In this document: positions 46,863 through 55,535 of the stretch, one piece after another
How positions within the stretch are numbered: position 1 is the stretch's first letter
Layout: each line of letters begins with the position of its first letter
Assembly (NCBI GenBank): GCA_964559915.1
Contig: CAZLJP010000004.1
Location: forward strand, 16,336 to 80,335
DNA length: 64,000 nucleotides
Direction: 5' to 3'
Source of the DNA: an uncultured Candidatus Saccharibacteria bacterium
GTDB taxonomy: Bacteria; Patescibacteriota; Saccharimonadia; Saccharimonadales; JALRHH01
Position numbers and translations under genes: made by a program
Notes under the pieces: generated by a model
The model's database searches: none
Seen by the model: only the letters and a program-made list of their open reading frames with translations
What the model was told of the DNA's origin: nothing

Positions 46863-46939
46863 TGGTGCCCCCGGAATGATTCGAACATTCGACCTTAGGC
46901 TTAGAAGTCCTCTGCTCTGTCCAGCTGAGCTACGGGGGC
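46863..46939 (-). tRNA. tRNA-Arg (anticodon TCT), CCA encoded, atypical anticodon stem
   Basis: Perfect acceptor GCCCCCG/CGGGGGC, D-arm, and T-arm GAATG-TTCGAAT-CATTC. The anticodon arm GAGGA-CTTCTAA-GCCTA has only 3 Watson-Crick pairs. Confidence 0.72.
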
Positions 46940-47106
46940 ATTGGTGCGGGTGCGGAGAATATAGATATAATCTTGCGGCGTGCTCGGTGCAAGCACCTGT
47001 GCGCGTCCTCGATTATCGAACTCTCGCTCGCTTTGGCTCGCTGACCGAGTTCAATCTCAGTCAATCAAACCAATTTCTAACTCTTTGCAAGCAAAGAATC
47101 AGAAAT
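46940..47106 (-). repeat. tRNA-Gly-associated 3'-end-duplication module (core 46964-47025)
   Basis: 21 nt (ATTGGTGCGGGTGCGGAGAAT) at 46940-46960 equals 47105-47125. The core is related to the Arg and Pro modules. The copy abuts the 5' end of tRNA-Arg(TCT). Confidence 0.75.
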
Positions 47107-47181
47107 TGGTGCGGGTGCGGAGAATCGAACTCCGATCTCGAGTTTGGAAAACTCATATACTAGCCGTTGTACTACACCCGC
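47107..47181 (-). tRNA. tRNA-Gly (anticodon TCC), CCA encoded
   Basis: GCGGGTG/CACCCGC acceptor, anticodon arm TGAGT-TTTCCAA-ACTCG, T-arm CGGAG-TTCGATT-CTCCG, then ACCA. Confidence 0.9.
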
Positions 47182-47252
47182 TGAACCAGCATATTATACC
47201 AGTTTACATCTGTTATAATAAGCCTAACTTAATCATCTAATGAGGGACCCCC

Positions 47253-49094
47253 ATGTTGCGACGCGTTAAACGGTTTTTAAAAGATTATCGCCAACTGAGT
47301 TTTGCAATTGTAATTGCCATAACAGGAGCAGCACTTGATTTGGCGAGCAGAGATTTAGCCGCACACTGGATTCTCGCCAGTGGCGCACTTTTAGTGACAA
47401 TTCCATTACTTATCGACATGATAAAAACTTTGCGTTCAGGTCAATTTGGTATTGATTTACTTGCACTTGTAGCAATAGTTACCTCAGTTATTTTGCAGCA
47501 ATACTGGGCGGCCCTGGTTATTGTATTGATGCTAACCGGCGGTGAATCTTTAGAAAAATATGCTGAAGGACGGGCCAAAAACGAGCTGAATAGCCTTCTC
47601 AACCATCGACCAAAAATTGCCCACCTTATCAAGAAACAAGCACGTGTGGATATCAAAGTTTCAGATATAGTAATCGGTGATGAATTAGAAATTTTGGCTG
47701 GTGAAGTCATACCCGTAGACGCTGTAATTCTTGAGGGTGAGTCAAGTGTCGACGAATCAAGTATTACCGGCGAGAGCGTTCCTATTATAAAAAGGGCTGG
47801 CGAAAACGTCCTAAGCGGATCAATTAATATTGAAGGTGTGCTTATTATCCGTGCCCATCATGCAGCAGCTGACAGCCAGTACGAGCAAATCATCAAATTG
47901 GTACGTGGAGCTTTGGCCAGTAAATCACCTTTTGTGCGACTGGCTGATACCTACAGCATACCGTTCACGGCTGTATCATTCTTTATAGCTGGGGCGACAT
48001 GGATTGTAACAGGTGAAGCAATACGATTTCTCGAGGTACTAGTAGTGGCTACGCCTTGTCCACTCTTACTCGGCGCACCCATTGCACTGATTTCTGGCAT
48101 GAGCCGCGCCGCAAAGCATGGCATTATTATCAAATCGGGTGTTCGTTTAGAGCAATTGGCTGACATTGAAACTGTGGCGTTTGATAAAACAGGCACACTC
48201 ACCCAAGGCCGGCCAGTGGTGAACACCGTTACCAGTTACGGGAAATTCAGTAAAGAAGATGTCGTTCAGGCGGCGGCTGCCCTGGAACAAAGCTCCTCTC
48301 ATATCCTGGCACAAGCCATTGTTGGCTATGCTGGTGACCATAAGATATCGTACCAACGCGCAAAACAGGTCAAAGAAACTGCCGGCCATGGGCTCAGCGG
48401 CAGGCTGATGGGCAAACACATCCTGGTAGGCCACCGCAGCCTGATAATCGAGTCGGGTATAGATATGCCCAAAACTCTGCAGGGTAAGGCACCTAAACAG
48501 ACTGTGACATACGTAGCAATTGGGGGTGTATTAGCTGGCACGATTACGTTCAAGGATAGTATCCGACCCGAAGCAGCTCTCACCCTCAAAAACCTAAGAA
48601 GCCTCGGCATCAAAAATTTTGCCTTGGTGACTGGTGATAATGAAGCATCAGCTATTTCTATTGCACAGGAGTTAGACATTCGTGATGTGTATCCCGACTG
48701 CTTACCTGCGGACAAAATTCATGCCGTAGAGGCTATGAGTGCACCAATTGCATTCGTTGGTGATGGCGTCAACGATGCACCGGTACTGACTGCTGCTGAT
48801 GTTGGTATCGCGTTAGGCGCACGCGGTTCGACCGCCGCCAGCGAAACAGCTGATGTCGTAATTATGCACGACGACATCTCGCGCGTGGCCACAAGCATAG
48901 CCATAGCCAAGCGTACTTTATTCATTGCAAAACAAAGCGTGTTGATAGGTATCCTTATTAGCCTGGGACTGATGGTAATATTTGCTACGGGCAAATTCAC
49001 CGCCGTTCAAGGCGCCCTGGTACAAGAAGTAGTGGATGTGATTGTTATTATCAACGCTCTGCGTGCGCACGGCGGCAAGCTTACAGTCGGTTAA
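47253..49094 (+). CDS. P1B-type (heavy-metal) P-type ATPase without N-terminal metal-binding domain
   Basis: DKTGTLT, TGDN and GDGVNDAP motifs. The TM6 motif is ATPCPLL. About 6-8 TM segments. Confidence 0.85.
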   Translation: MLRRVKRFLKDYRQLSFAIVIAITGAALDLASRDLAAHWILASGALLVTIPLLIDMIKTLRSGQFGIDLLALVAIVTSVILQQYWAALVIVLMLTGGESLEKYAEGRAKNELNSLLNHRPKIAHLIKKQARVDIKVSDIVIGDELEILAGEVIPVDAVILEGESSVDESSITGESVPIIKRAGENVLSGSINIEGVLIIRAHHAAADSQYEQIIKLVRGALASKSPFVRLADTYSIPFTAVSFFIAGATWIVTGEAIRFLEVLVVATPCPLLLGAPIALISGMSRAAKHGIIIKSGVRLEQLADIETVAFDKTGTLTQGRPVVNTVTSYGKFSKEDVVQAAAALEQSSSHILAQAIVGYAGDHKISYQRAKQVKETAGHGLSGRLMGKHILVGHRSLIIESGIDMPKTLQGKAPKQTVTYVAIGGVLAGTITFKDSIRPEAALTLKNLRSLGIKNFALVTGDNEASAISIAQELDIRDVYPDCLPADKIHAVEAMSAPIAFVGDGVNDAPVLTAADVGIALGARGSTAASETADVVIMHDDISRVATSIAIAKRTLFIAKQSVLIGILISLGLMVIFATGKFTAVQGALVQEVVDVIVIINALRAHGGKLTVG

Positions 49095-49755
49095 GTAATA
49101 CTACTGCTACCACTGGGATGAGTAGGTTATCACTACCGTACACGCCCAGATTCTCTGTAATAGTCAGTGCTAGGGTAACCCACAGTAAACTCCCCAGGCC
49201 AATTTCAGAGGAGACGTCCGCTCCACTAATCAGAATAAATACACCGATGATTGCATAGGAAACCACATAAAAGGCCGCTGACCCAACAAGTGACTTTTTC
49301 TGACCCAGAACAGGATAGGTTGTGGACTTACCAAATCGCTTGCCTGCTATTGCCGCCGCAGAATCAGCCAGTGCCAATATCAGAATAGCTGCTGCAAACT
49401 CCCAGCGTGAATCAGCCAAGAATAGTGCAACAATAACACTTATAGGATAGAAGAATTCGCCGTATGAAATACGCCCAACACGGTATACTTTGCCGAAGTA
49501 TTTAATCCAAGGGATGAAGCTAAAGTGCTCCTGCAAGTATCGCGCAACGAACATCGATGCCAAAAAGATAATTTCTATACCAAGCAACACACTAAACGGC
49601 GCGATAAACGCCAATATGGCAATGCCGATGCCATGGCAAACATGCACCAGTTTACGTAGCAGTTCGTTATCCCTGCTGTACTTGTTAATCAACCATTGGG
49701 CAGCCATAGCGAAAACAAGGATTACCAAAGTGACAAATAATATCTTGCCAAGCAT
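49081..49755 (-). CDS. polytopic membrane protein, dolichol/phytol-kinase (CTP-dependent kinase)-like
   Basis: The LRKLVHVCHGIGI motif and 6-7 TM segments resemble the DUF92/dolichol kinase/VTE5 family. Weak assignment. Confidence 0.45.
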   Translation of the reverse strand: MLGKILFVTLVILVFAMAAQWLINKYSRDNELLRKLVHVCHGIGIAILAFIAPFSVLLGIEIIFLASMFVARYLQEHFSFIPWIKYFGKVYRVGRISYGEFFYPISVIVALFLADSRWEFAAAILILALADSAAAIAGKRFGKSTTYPVLGQKKSLVGSAAFYVVSYAIIGVFILISGADVSSEIGLGSLLWVTLALTITENLGVYGSDNLLIPVVAVVLLNRL

Positions 49756-49866
49756 GATTTGTATTATAGCGTAGGAACGGAGAAATAAACGTGTTCACAT
49801 GTTTATTTTGAGTACCGCCCGCTTCAGCAATACGAAGTATTGCTCAAGCCAACCCAGTCCACTCAT

Positions 49867-50043
49867 AGAGCACGAAAGGACAATGCACATCTACGGCCAT
49901 GCTCGAAGTAAACTTCTGTGCCTGGCCTTGATGACCGAACCTTCGACCTACAATCTTTTTCACTAGCGAAAAATCTTGGGTCGAAGGTTCGAGGACTGAG
50001 CACTGACCAAACAAAAAGCCCATCTTTCGATGGACTTTTTGTT
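49867..50043 (-). repeat. tRNA-Pro-associated module (terminator 50013-50040, inverted T-arm copies, core 49884-49957, diverged 3' copy)
   Basis: CGAACCTTCGACCT at 49936-49949 equals tRNA 50063-50076. GAAAGGAC at 49874-49881 equals 50054-50061. An opposite-orientation copy GGTCGAAGGTTCGAG lies at 49979-49993. The core is near-identical to the Arg module. Confidence 0.7.
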
Positions 50044-50120
50044 TGGTCGGGGTGAAAGGACTCGAACCTTCGACCTGACGGTCCCAAACCGTCCGCGCTA
50101 GCCAACTGCGCCACACCCCG
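50044..50120 (-). tRNA. tRNA-Pro (anticodon TGG), CCA encoded
   Basis: CGGGGTG/CACCCCG acceptor, anticodon arm GACGG-TTTGGGA-CCGTC, T-arm GAAGG-TTCGAGT-CCTTT, then ACCA. Confidence 0.9.
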
Positions 50121-50177
50121 GTGTCTTAGACAACTGGGTAATTCTAACAGATTAGACGGTGGATTTCCAGAGGTTTG

Positions 50178-50744
50178 TTAGGCTCGTACGCCCAACGCTT
50201 CGAGGGCTATGAGGGCAGCGAGCTTAGCATCATCAAATGGATGGTGCTGCACAAAGCTGGCCGACTTGCGAACATTTTTTCGTAACTGGTTTTTATATGC
50301 ACTCGATTCTTGCCCATTAGCAACTAGAATTGACGCTAAATCCAAGATTGGGAATGGGTGCTGCCAATACCGTTCTTCTAGATTTGCCTGCTGGCAATCC
50401 AGCAAGAAGCGATACTCTACCGGGTAGCCATTGCTAACAAGTACATAGTCAGATGCTTGTTCTGCTGCCAGGTACCAACGCCAGAATGCTTCACGCATAT
50501 CTTCATAGGTAGCGTGTGTTTCTGCCATATCTTTGATGACTGGTAGCACATTGGCTTTCACCCATGGGTCGACATCACCTTTAATTGGGCAACGAGCCGT
50601 AAAGCTATCGTGGACCTTACCATGTCCATCAACCACCACAGCACCAATAGCAAATGGTTCACCGTGCAGATTATTTGTCTCTAAATCGAAACTCAATATC
50701 TTGGTATCACGAGTTACTGTTGGTGTCTTAGAGACTTTATTCAT
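50178..50744 (-). CDS. DEDD-family 3'-5' exonuclease (DnaQ-like)
   Basis: Exo I ILSFDLETNN and Exo III-like HHPFDDAKLAA (H-x4-D). Confidence 0.65.
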   Translation of the reverse strand: MNKVSKTPTVTRDTKILSFDLETNNLHGEPFAIGAVVVDGHGKVHDSFTARCPIKGDVDPWVKANVLPVIKDMAETHATYEDMREAFWRWYLAAEQASDYVLVSNGYPVEYRFLLDCQQANLEERYWQHPFPILDLASILVANGQESSAYKNQLRKNVRKSASFVQHHPFDDAKLAALIALEALGVRA

Positions 50745-50759
50745 AAGTGTCTCGTTAGA

Positions 50760-52274
50760 CTACTTAGCAAATTCAGTGGCACGAGTTTCGCGGATAACAT
50801 TAACCTTAATTGTACCTGGGTACTGCATAGTACTTTCAATCTTGGTTGCGATATCACGGGCTAGCTTGATAGCACTCAAATCATCAATCTGTGACGGTTT
50901 CACGAATACGCGTATTTCACGACCAGCGCTGATAGCATATGACTTCTCGATACCACTAAAGCCGTTAGCCACGTTTTCGAGGTCTTTCATGCGTTCGGCA
51001 AAGTTCTCTGCTGAAACATTACGTGCGCCAGGACGGGCTGCGCTAATAGCATCAACGACACGTACGATGACTGCTTCCGTACTTGTTGTGTCGACATCAT
51101 CGTGGTGCTGTTCGGCTGCCAACGCAACCTCTTCAGGAGCACCGTACTTCCGTAACATTTCACCGCTAATGTGGTGGTGCTTACCTTCAACTTTGTGTGT
51201 CAGTGCTTTACCAAGATCATGTACCAAGGCGGCATATTTAGCAATTTTCACATTGGCACCGACTTCTTCGGCAATGATGCCAGCAATATGTGCCATTTCA
51301 GTGCTGTGCTTGAGCACATTCTGGCCGTAACTAGTGCGGTATTTTAGCTCACCCAAAAGATGCAATATCTCTTTGGGAATACCAATGATGCCGACTTCAC
51401 GGGCAGCATCTTCACCGGCATGCATAACGTCTTTTTCTACATTCTTTTGTGCTTTCTCTACGACCTCTTCGATGCGGCCTGGGTGCACACGACCGTCTTT
51501 GAGCAGAAGCTCAAGCGCCTGGCGGGCAACTTCACGACGAACCGGGTCAAAGCTACTAAGAATAATCATGCCTGGTGTATCATCTACCATGATGTCCACT
51601 CCAGTAGCACGCTGCAAGGCCTGGATGTTGCGGCCTTCTTTGCCAATAATACGGCCCTTCATTTCTTCGTCTTCTAGCTTGACGGCAGTTACGGTACGCT
51701 CGGCAGTGACTTCACTGGCCATACGCTCCATAGCCTCTACGATAATTGCGCCAGCCTTCTCTTCGGCTAGCTCCTTAGCTTCATTTTGCAATTTGCTAAC
51801 AAGACCTAATAAATCGCCTCTGATATCACGCTCAGTCATTTGCATGAGCTTATCGGCGGCATCCGTCTTGCTCAGCTTGGCAATCTTTTCTAGCTTATCC
51901 TGCTGTTTAGTACGGATTTCACGAATCTCGTTCTTGAGGCCTTCGACTTCATCTTCGCCCTTACGCAGTGCTTCACTGCGCTTGTCGAGTTCATCTAGTT
52001 TTTTATCAAGTGTTTCTTCGCGGCCAAGCAGTCTCTGCTCAATATCTTTGAGTTCTTTACGGCGTGTTTTCTCCAACTCGCGAGCTTCCTCACTAGCCTG
52101 TAGGACTGCCTCTTGAGCCTCTTCTTTGAGCTTTATAGCCTCTTTTTTAGCTTTGGCTAATTCTTTATCAGCCTGATTTTGAGCCGTGCCGAGTTTGCGC
52201 TTAGCAGTAACATTGCTCGCGCCAAACCCTGCAGCAACGCCAGCTAACGCCAGCACTAGGGTAATTGGTTCCAT
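50760..52274 (-). CDS. rny: ribonuclease Y
   Basis: N-terminal TM, Lys/Glu coiled coil, KH domain (GRIIGKEGRNI), HD domain (ALVHDLGKA). Confidence 0.95.
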   Translation of the reverse strand: MEPITLVLALAGVAAGFGASNVTAKRKLGTAQNQADKELAKAKKEAIKLKEEAQEAVLQASEEARELEKTRRKELKDIEQRLLGREETLDKKLDELDKRSEALRKGEDEVEGLKNEIREIRTKQQDKLEKIAKLSKTDAADKLMQMTERDIRGDLLGLVSKLQNEAKELAEEKAGAIIVEAMERMASEVTAERTVTAVKLEDEEMKGRIIGKEGRNIQALQRATGVDIMVDDTPGMIILSSFDPVRREVARQALELLLKDGRVHPGRIEEVVEKAQKNVEKDVMHAGEDAAREVGIIGIPKEILHLLGELKYRTSYGQNVLKHSTEMAHIAGIIAEEVGANVKIAKYAALVHDLGKALTHKVEGKHHHISGEMLRKYGAPEEVALAAEQHHDDVDTTSTEAVIVRVVDAISAARPGARNVSAENFAERMKDLENVANGFSGIEKSYAISAGREIRVFVKPSQIDDLSAIKLARDIATKIESTMQYPGTIKVNVIRETRATEFAK

Positions 52275-52442
52275 ATAACACCTCTTTAGTTACTAGAGCC
52301 GCTCCCAAACAATCACTATCACTTCATTAGTTTGGATACGTTCTAGAATCAAATCAAAATTTTACAAAATGGACGGTAACGTATCAGTTAAACAATCCTA
52401 CATCTAATATACGGCTATTGACTAGCACTGGTCAATTAAAAA

Positions 52443-53396
52443 CTACAGGTTTTGTAGTACGGTAAAGACAACTTGGCGTTTGGCTGTGACAGTCTCTTCC
52501 GCATTGTACTTGTTTGGGGTTGTCATCAGGTTTAGCCCCTGTTTGCCTGGCTCAATTGATTGTAACGCCGCCGTCATATCAATCTGATTGGCAGGATAGT
52601 CTTGCACTTTGTGCACAATATATGTCAGACGAGTGCCGTTACCACGCTCTAGTACTACCACATCTCCTGGCACAAGGTCCTTGAGATTAGCAAAGACGCC
52701 TGCCTTGGTAGGGCCATGACTATGGCCGTTGAGCAGCACTGCAGCAGAATTGCCTGGCTTACCACTGGCTTCAAACCAGCCAACATCATAGATATTATTT
52801 GGGGCGATAGGCTCGCTATCCAACGACACGCCCACCCGCAAGATACGCGCCTGAATATCTAGCTTAGGTATACTAAGCGACCGTGGCTCATCTGCGGCCA
52901 TCTTGTGGCCAATAATATCCGTACTACTAATAGGCGTTTCGTCCAGCGAGCTACTTAAACTCGTAGTACGTACGATTGCCGGTTCTTTTGTAGTTGTTTG
53001 CGCGTGGTGCCAAAAATCAAGTTTCACTGGTATTAAATCCCTAAAGCCCCACACAATAACACCGAGTGCCGCAATCACAATAAGACCAATCAGCACGCCA
53101 ACAATATGTCCGCCATACTTCTTGCGAACTTTGCGACGATATTCCTGAGCATGCTCCTCTACCATTTCACGGCGCAACACAAATGAGCGAGTCAAACGAG
53201 GTAATGCAGGGTTTGTTGCCTTGTGAACGCGCGCCGTTTTGGCTTTTTGCCCTGGGGCAAGGGTGTCGACAGCTTCGGTTTCTGGCGCAGGCAGAACATC
53301 ACTACTTGTGCGTGGCGCAATACGTTCCGGCCGCTGGTAGCGATAATGCTGCGCCCGCCTGAGCGGGTTATTTCTCTCGTGGGGTGATTTTTCCAT
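52443..53396 (-). CDS. sortase-fold homologue lacking the catalytic cysteine (no Cys in the whole protein)
   Basis: It aligns to the sortase at 40601-41188 through SIPKLDI, LNGHSHG (His) and AKRQVVF (Arg). LTIYTCTP is replaced by LNLMTTPN. It has a long basic N-terminus and one TM. Confidence 0.7.
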   Translation of the reverse strand: MEKSPHERNNPLRRAQHYRYQRPERIAPRTSSDVLPAPETEAVDTLAPGQKAKTARVHKATNPALPRLTRSFVLRREMVEEHAQEYRRKVRKKYGGHIVGVLIGLIVIAALGVIVWGFRDLIPVKLDFWHHAQTTTKEPAIVRTTSLSSSLDETPISSTDIIGHKMAADEPRSLSIPKLDIQARILRVGVSLDSEPIAPNNIYDVGWFEASGKPGNSAAVLLNGHSHGPTKAGVFANLKDLVPGDVVVLERGNGTRLTYIVHKVQDYPANQIDMTAALQSIEPGKQGLNLMTTPNKYNAEETVTAKRQVVFTVLQNL

Positions 53397-53489
53397 GTTT
53401 GTTATTCCACCATGCTGCTATGAATCTTACGCAGTATCTACACTACTGACTATAACCACTACCGGTGTTTTGTCAACCTGCGACCGAAG

Positions 53490-53882
53490 TTATTTTTTAG
53501 GGGTTGTGATGTGGACAGGAGCACCGTATTCAGGTATCACGGCAGTGGTGCCCTTGCCCAAAGCAAGTAGTCCTAGGCCGTCTGCTACCCATGTATCACC
53601 AGTAGTTGCCACAATTGGCGCACCATTCGCGTTGGCGATGGCATTGGACACAGACAGACCAATACGCAGCCCTGTAAAGCTACCTGGGCCTTGGTACGCT
53701 ACCACGCCAGAAATATCCACCCAGTCTTTTCCTTGGACTTTAAGCAACTCGTTAATCTTGGTGTGGAGCGTCTCGGCAAGTTGTCGATGGCCTTGCCATG
53801 TTTCATAGGCAAGCTGCTGGCTGTCATCGTAGAGGCCAACTTCGGCCTGGGGGTTATCGGTTCGTATTATAAGTATAATCAT
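53490..53882 (-). CDS. tsaB: tRNA t6A37 biosynthesis protein TsaB (short, N-terminal-domain-only form)
   Basis: IL.I.T......VGLYD...GPGSFTGLRIG signature. 130 aa. 4-nt overlap with tsaE. Confidence 0.75.
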   Translation of the reverse strand: MIILIIRTDNPQAEVGLYDDSQQLAYETWQGHRQLAETLHTKINELLKVQGKDWVDISGVVAYQGPGSFTGLRIGLSVSNAIANANGAPIVATTGDTWVADGLGLLALGKGTTAVIPEYGAPVHITTPKK

Positions 53883-54334
53883 AAATCCTCTACTAGATAT
53901 TCTAATGAATCAGGATACGTCAGTGTGAGTGTGCGTGATTCATCACCCGTACTCGTAATTACAATCTTTAGACGATTCTCTGGCAACACATGCGCTACCA
54001 CATCGCTCCACTCTACAATTATCACTATCTCTGGGTCGTTAATAATATCGTGGAGCTCGTGGGCGGCCAGTCCGGCATCTGGCAGGCGATAAAAATCAAA
54101 ATGATGAATAGCGAACTTCGGCGCTGTGTATACCCGGCTAATTGTAAATGTAGGACTAGACACCGCATCTGTGCTGCCACTGCCGCGTACTAAGCCGCGG
54201 CTAAAAGTGGTTTTGCCGCCGCCCAAATCGCTGATTAGCTCAATAGTCTCGCCGCCACGTAGCCGCGCACCAATAGCTGCCGCAAACTCTTCCGTCGCCG
54301 CCGCATTATCTGTAACTATCGTTTGCTGTGCCAT
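53879..54334 (-). CDS. tsaE: tRNA t6A37 biosynthesis ATPase TsaE
   Basis: P-loop SDLGGGKTTFSRGL, SPTFTI and HFDFYRL motifs. Confidence 0.88.
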   Translation of the reverse strand: MAQQTIVTDNAAATEEFAAAIGARLRGGETIELISDLGGGKTTFSRGLVRGSGSTDAVSSPTFTISRVYTAPKFAIHHFDFYRLPDAGLAAHELHDIINDPEIVIIVEWSDVVAHVLPENRLKIVITSTGDESRTLTLTYPDSLEYLVEDL

Positions 54335-54414
54335 GTCTGCTCTATGCTACATCAGTCTGACCTCTTGCGGCAAGGTGTCGTGTAGTAATACTATCCTGCG
54401 TTATACTATATATA

Positions 54415-54936
54415 ATGCTTAGACTTTCGGCCGCCCTACTAGACCAACCTATTATGAGCCTGCGCACAGGGGCGGCGGTGGGTGCCAGCCAGACAGCCAT
54501 CATCAACCCAAATAATCTCAAAATTGAGGGGTTCTACTGTAGTGATAGGTTCAGCAAGGAGCGAACCGTGCTGCTGACACAAGATATCCGTGATATCACC
54601 AAACAAGGTCTTATTGTGGACGACCATGATGTCATGACAAACCCCGACGATTTAATACGGCTCAAGTCCATCCTCGAGCTTAATTTTGCGCTGATAGATA
54701 AACCCGTCTACACCGAGAACAAACGAAAAGTCGGCAAGATTACCGACTTTGCTGCCGATGAAGCAACTCTGTATGTCCAAAAGTTGTATGTTGCACAATC
54801 GTTGGTGAAGAATTTCAGCACTGGCCAGCTGAGTATTGACCGTAACCAAATCGTAGAAATCACTAATAAGCGTGTGGTAATTAAAGAGCTAGAAAAACCA
54901 GCCAAAGCCGGCCTGACCGCCCCAGCTCCCGCCTAA
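54415..54936 (+). CDS. PRC-barrel-like domain protein (two repeats)
   Basis: Two similar segments (L.DQPIMSLRTGAAVG... and LIDKPVYTENKRKVGKITDF...) resemble PRC-barrel repeats. Weak assignment. Confidence 0.45.
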   Translation: MLRLSAALLDQPIMSLRTGAAVGASQTAIINPNNLKIEGFYCSDRFSKERTVLLTQDIRDITKQGLIVDDHDVMTNPDDLIRLKSILELNFALIDKPVYTENKRKVGKITDFAADEATLYVQKLYVAQSLVKNFSTGQLSIDRNQIVEITNKRVVIKELEKPAKAGLTAPAPA

Positions 54937-55535
54937 GTAGTTTCGTTTAATACAGATTTGATGTCGTCGTAGTTGTAGCCTTGGCGGGCCAGGTATTGCA
55001 TGAGTTTGAGTTGGTCGGGGTAGCGAGTACGTTTTTTCTCGACTAGTTGGCGCAGCACCTCACGTTCGTCGGTATCTTCTTTATCTTCTGCCAAAACTCT
55101 GTCGATGACGTCCGTAGGGATACGCTTTTGTCTGAGCTCCTGGGACAAGCGTCGTCGACTGGTTGCTTTCAGCAGGCGGCGGTTCTCTACCCACCTCTGG
55201 GCAAACTGTTCATCATTGACATACCCATTAATACTTAACTTGTTAAGTATTTTATCGGCAATCTCTGGCGGGCAATCTTTGCGATGTAAGTAATCACGTA
55301 GCTCCCACTCACTCCGCAACCTAAAGCTTAACGAGTTAAGTATTTTATCAAACCACTTCCCGTAACTTGATTCATCTTTGTATTCCGCCAGAATCTCATC
55401 TGTTATTTCTTGCCCAGAATGCAGTCCTAGCTTCAAAAATTCATTTTCACCAAGCGAAAAAGAATATTTCCCGTCAACATAAATAGAATACCGGTCTGCC
55501 CGCTTTACCTGCTGCTTAATCTGCGTGATTTTCAT
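54933..55535 (-). CDS. recX: recombination regulator RecX
   Basis: MKITQIKQQVKRADRYSIYVDG start and three-helix repeats (LRQKRIP, LARQGYNYDDI). The ATG at 55535 is preferred, because the longer ORF adds an unlikely Cys-rich leader. Confidence 0.85.
   Translation of the reverse strand: MKITQIKQQVKRADRYSIYVDGKYSFSLGENEFLKLGLHSGQEITDEILAEYKDESSYGKWFDKILNSLSFRLRSEWELRDYLHRKDCPPEIADKILNKLSINGYVNDEQFAQRWVENRRLLKATSRRRLSQELRQKRIPTDVIDRVLAEDKEDTDEREVLRQLVEKKRTRYPDQLKLMQYLARQGYNYDDIKSVLNETT

Noticed and set aside
50533-52116. Two long plus-strand ORFs (265 and 260 aa) antisense to rny
   Set aside because: They are Ser/Ala/Leu/Arg-rich low-complexity translations opposite a well-conserved RNase Y frame. 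This is an artefact of the Lys/Glu-rich (AAG/GAA) codon usage of rny.
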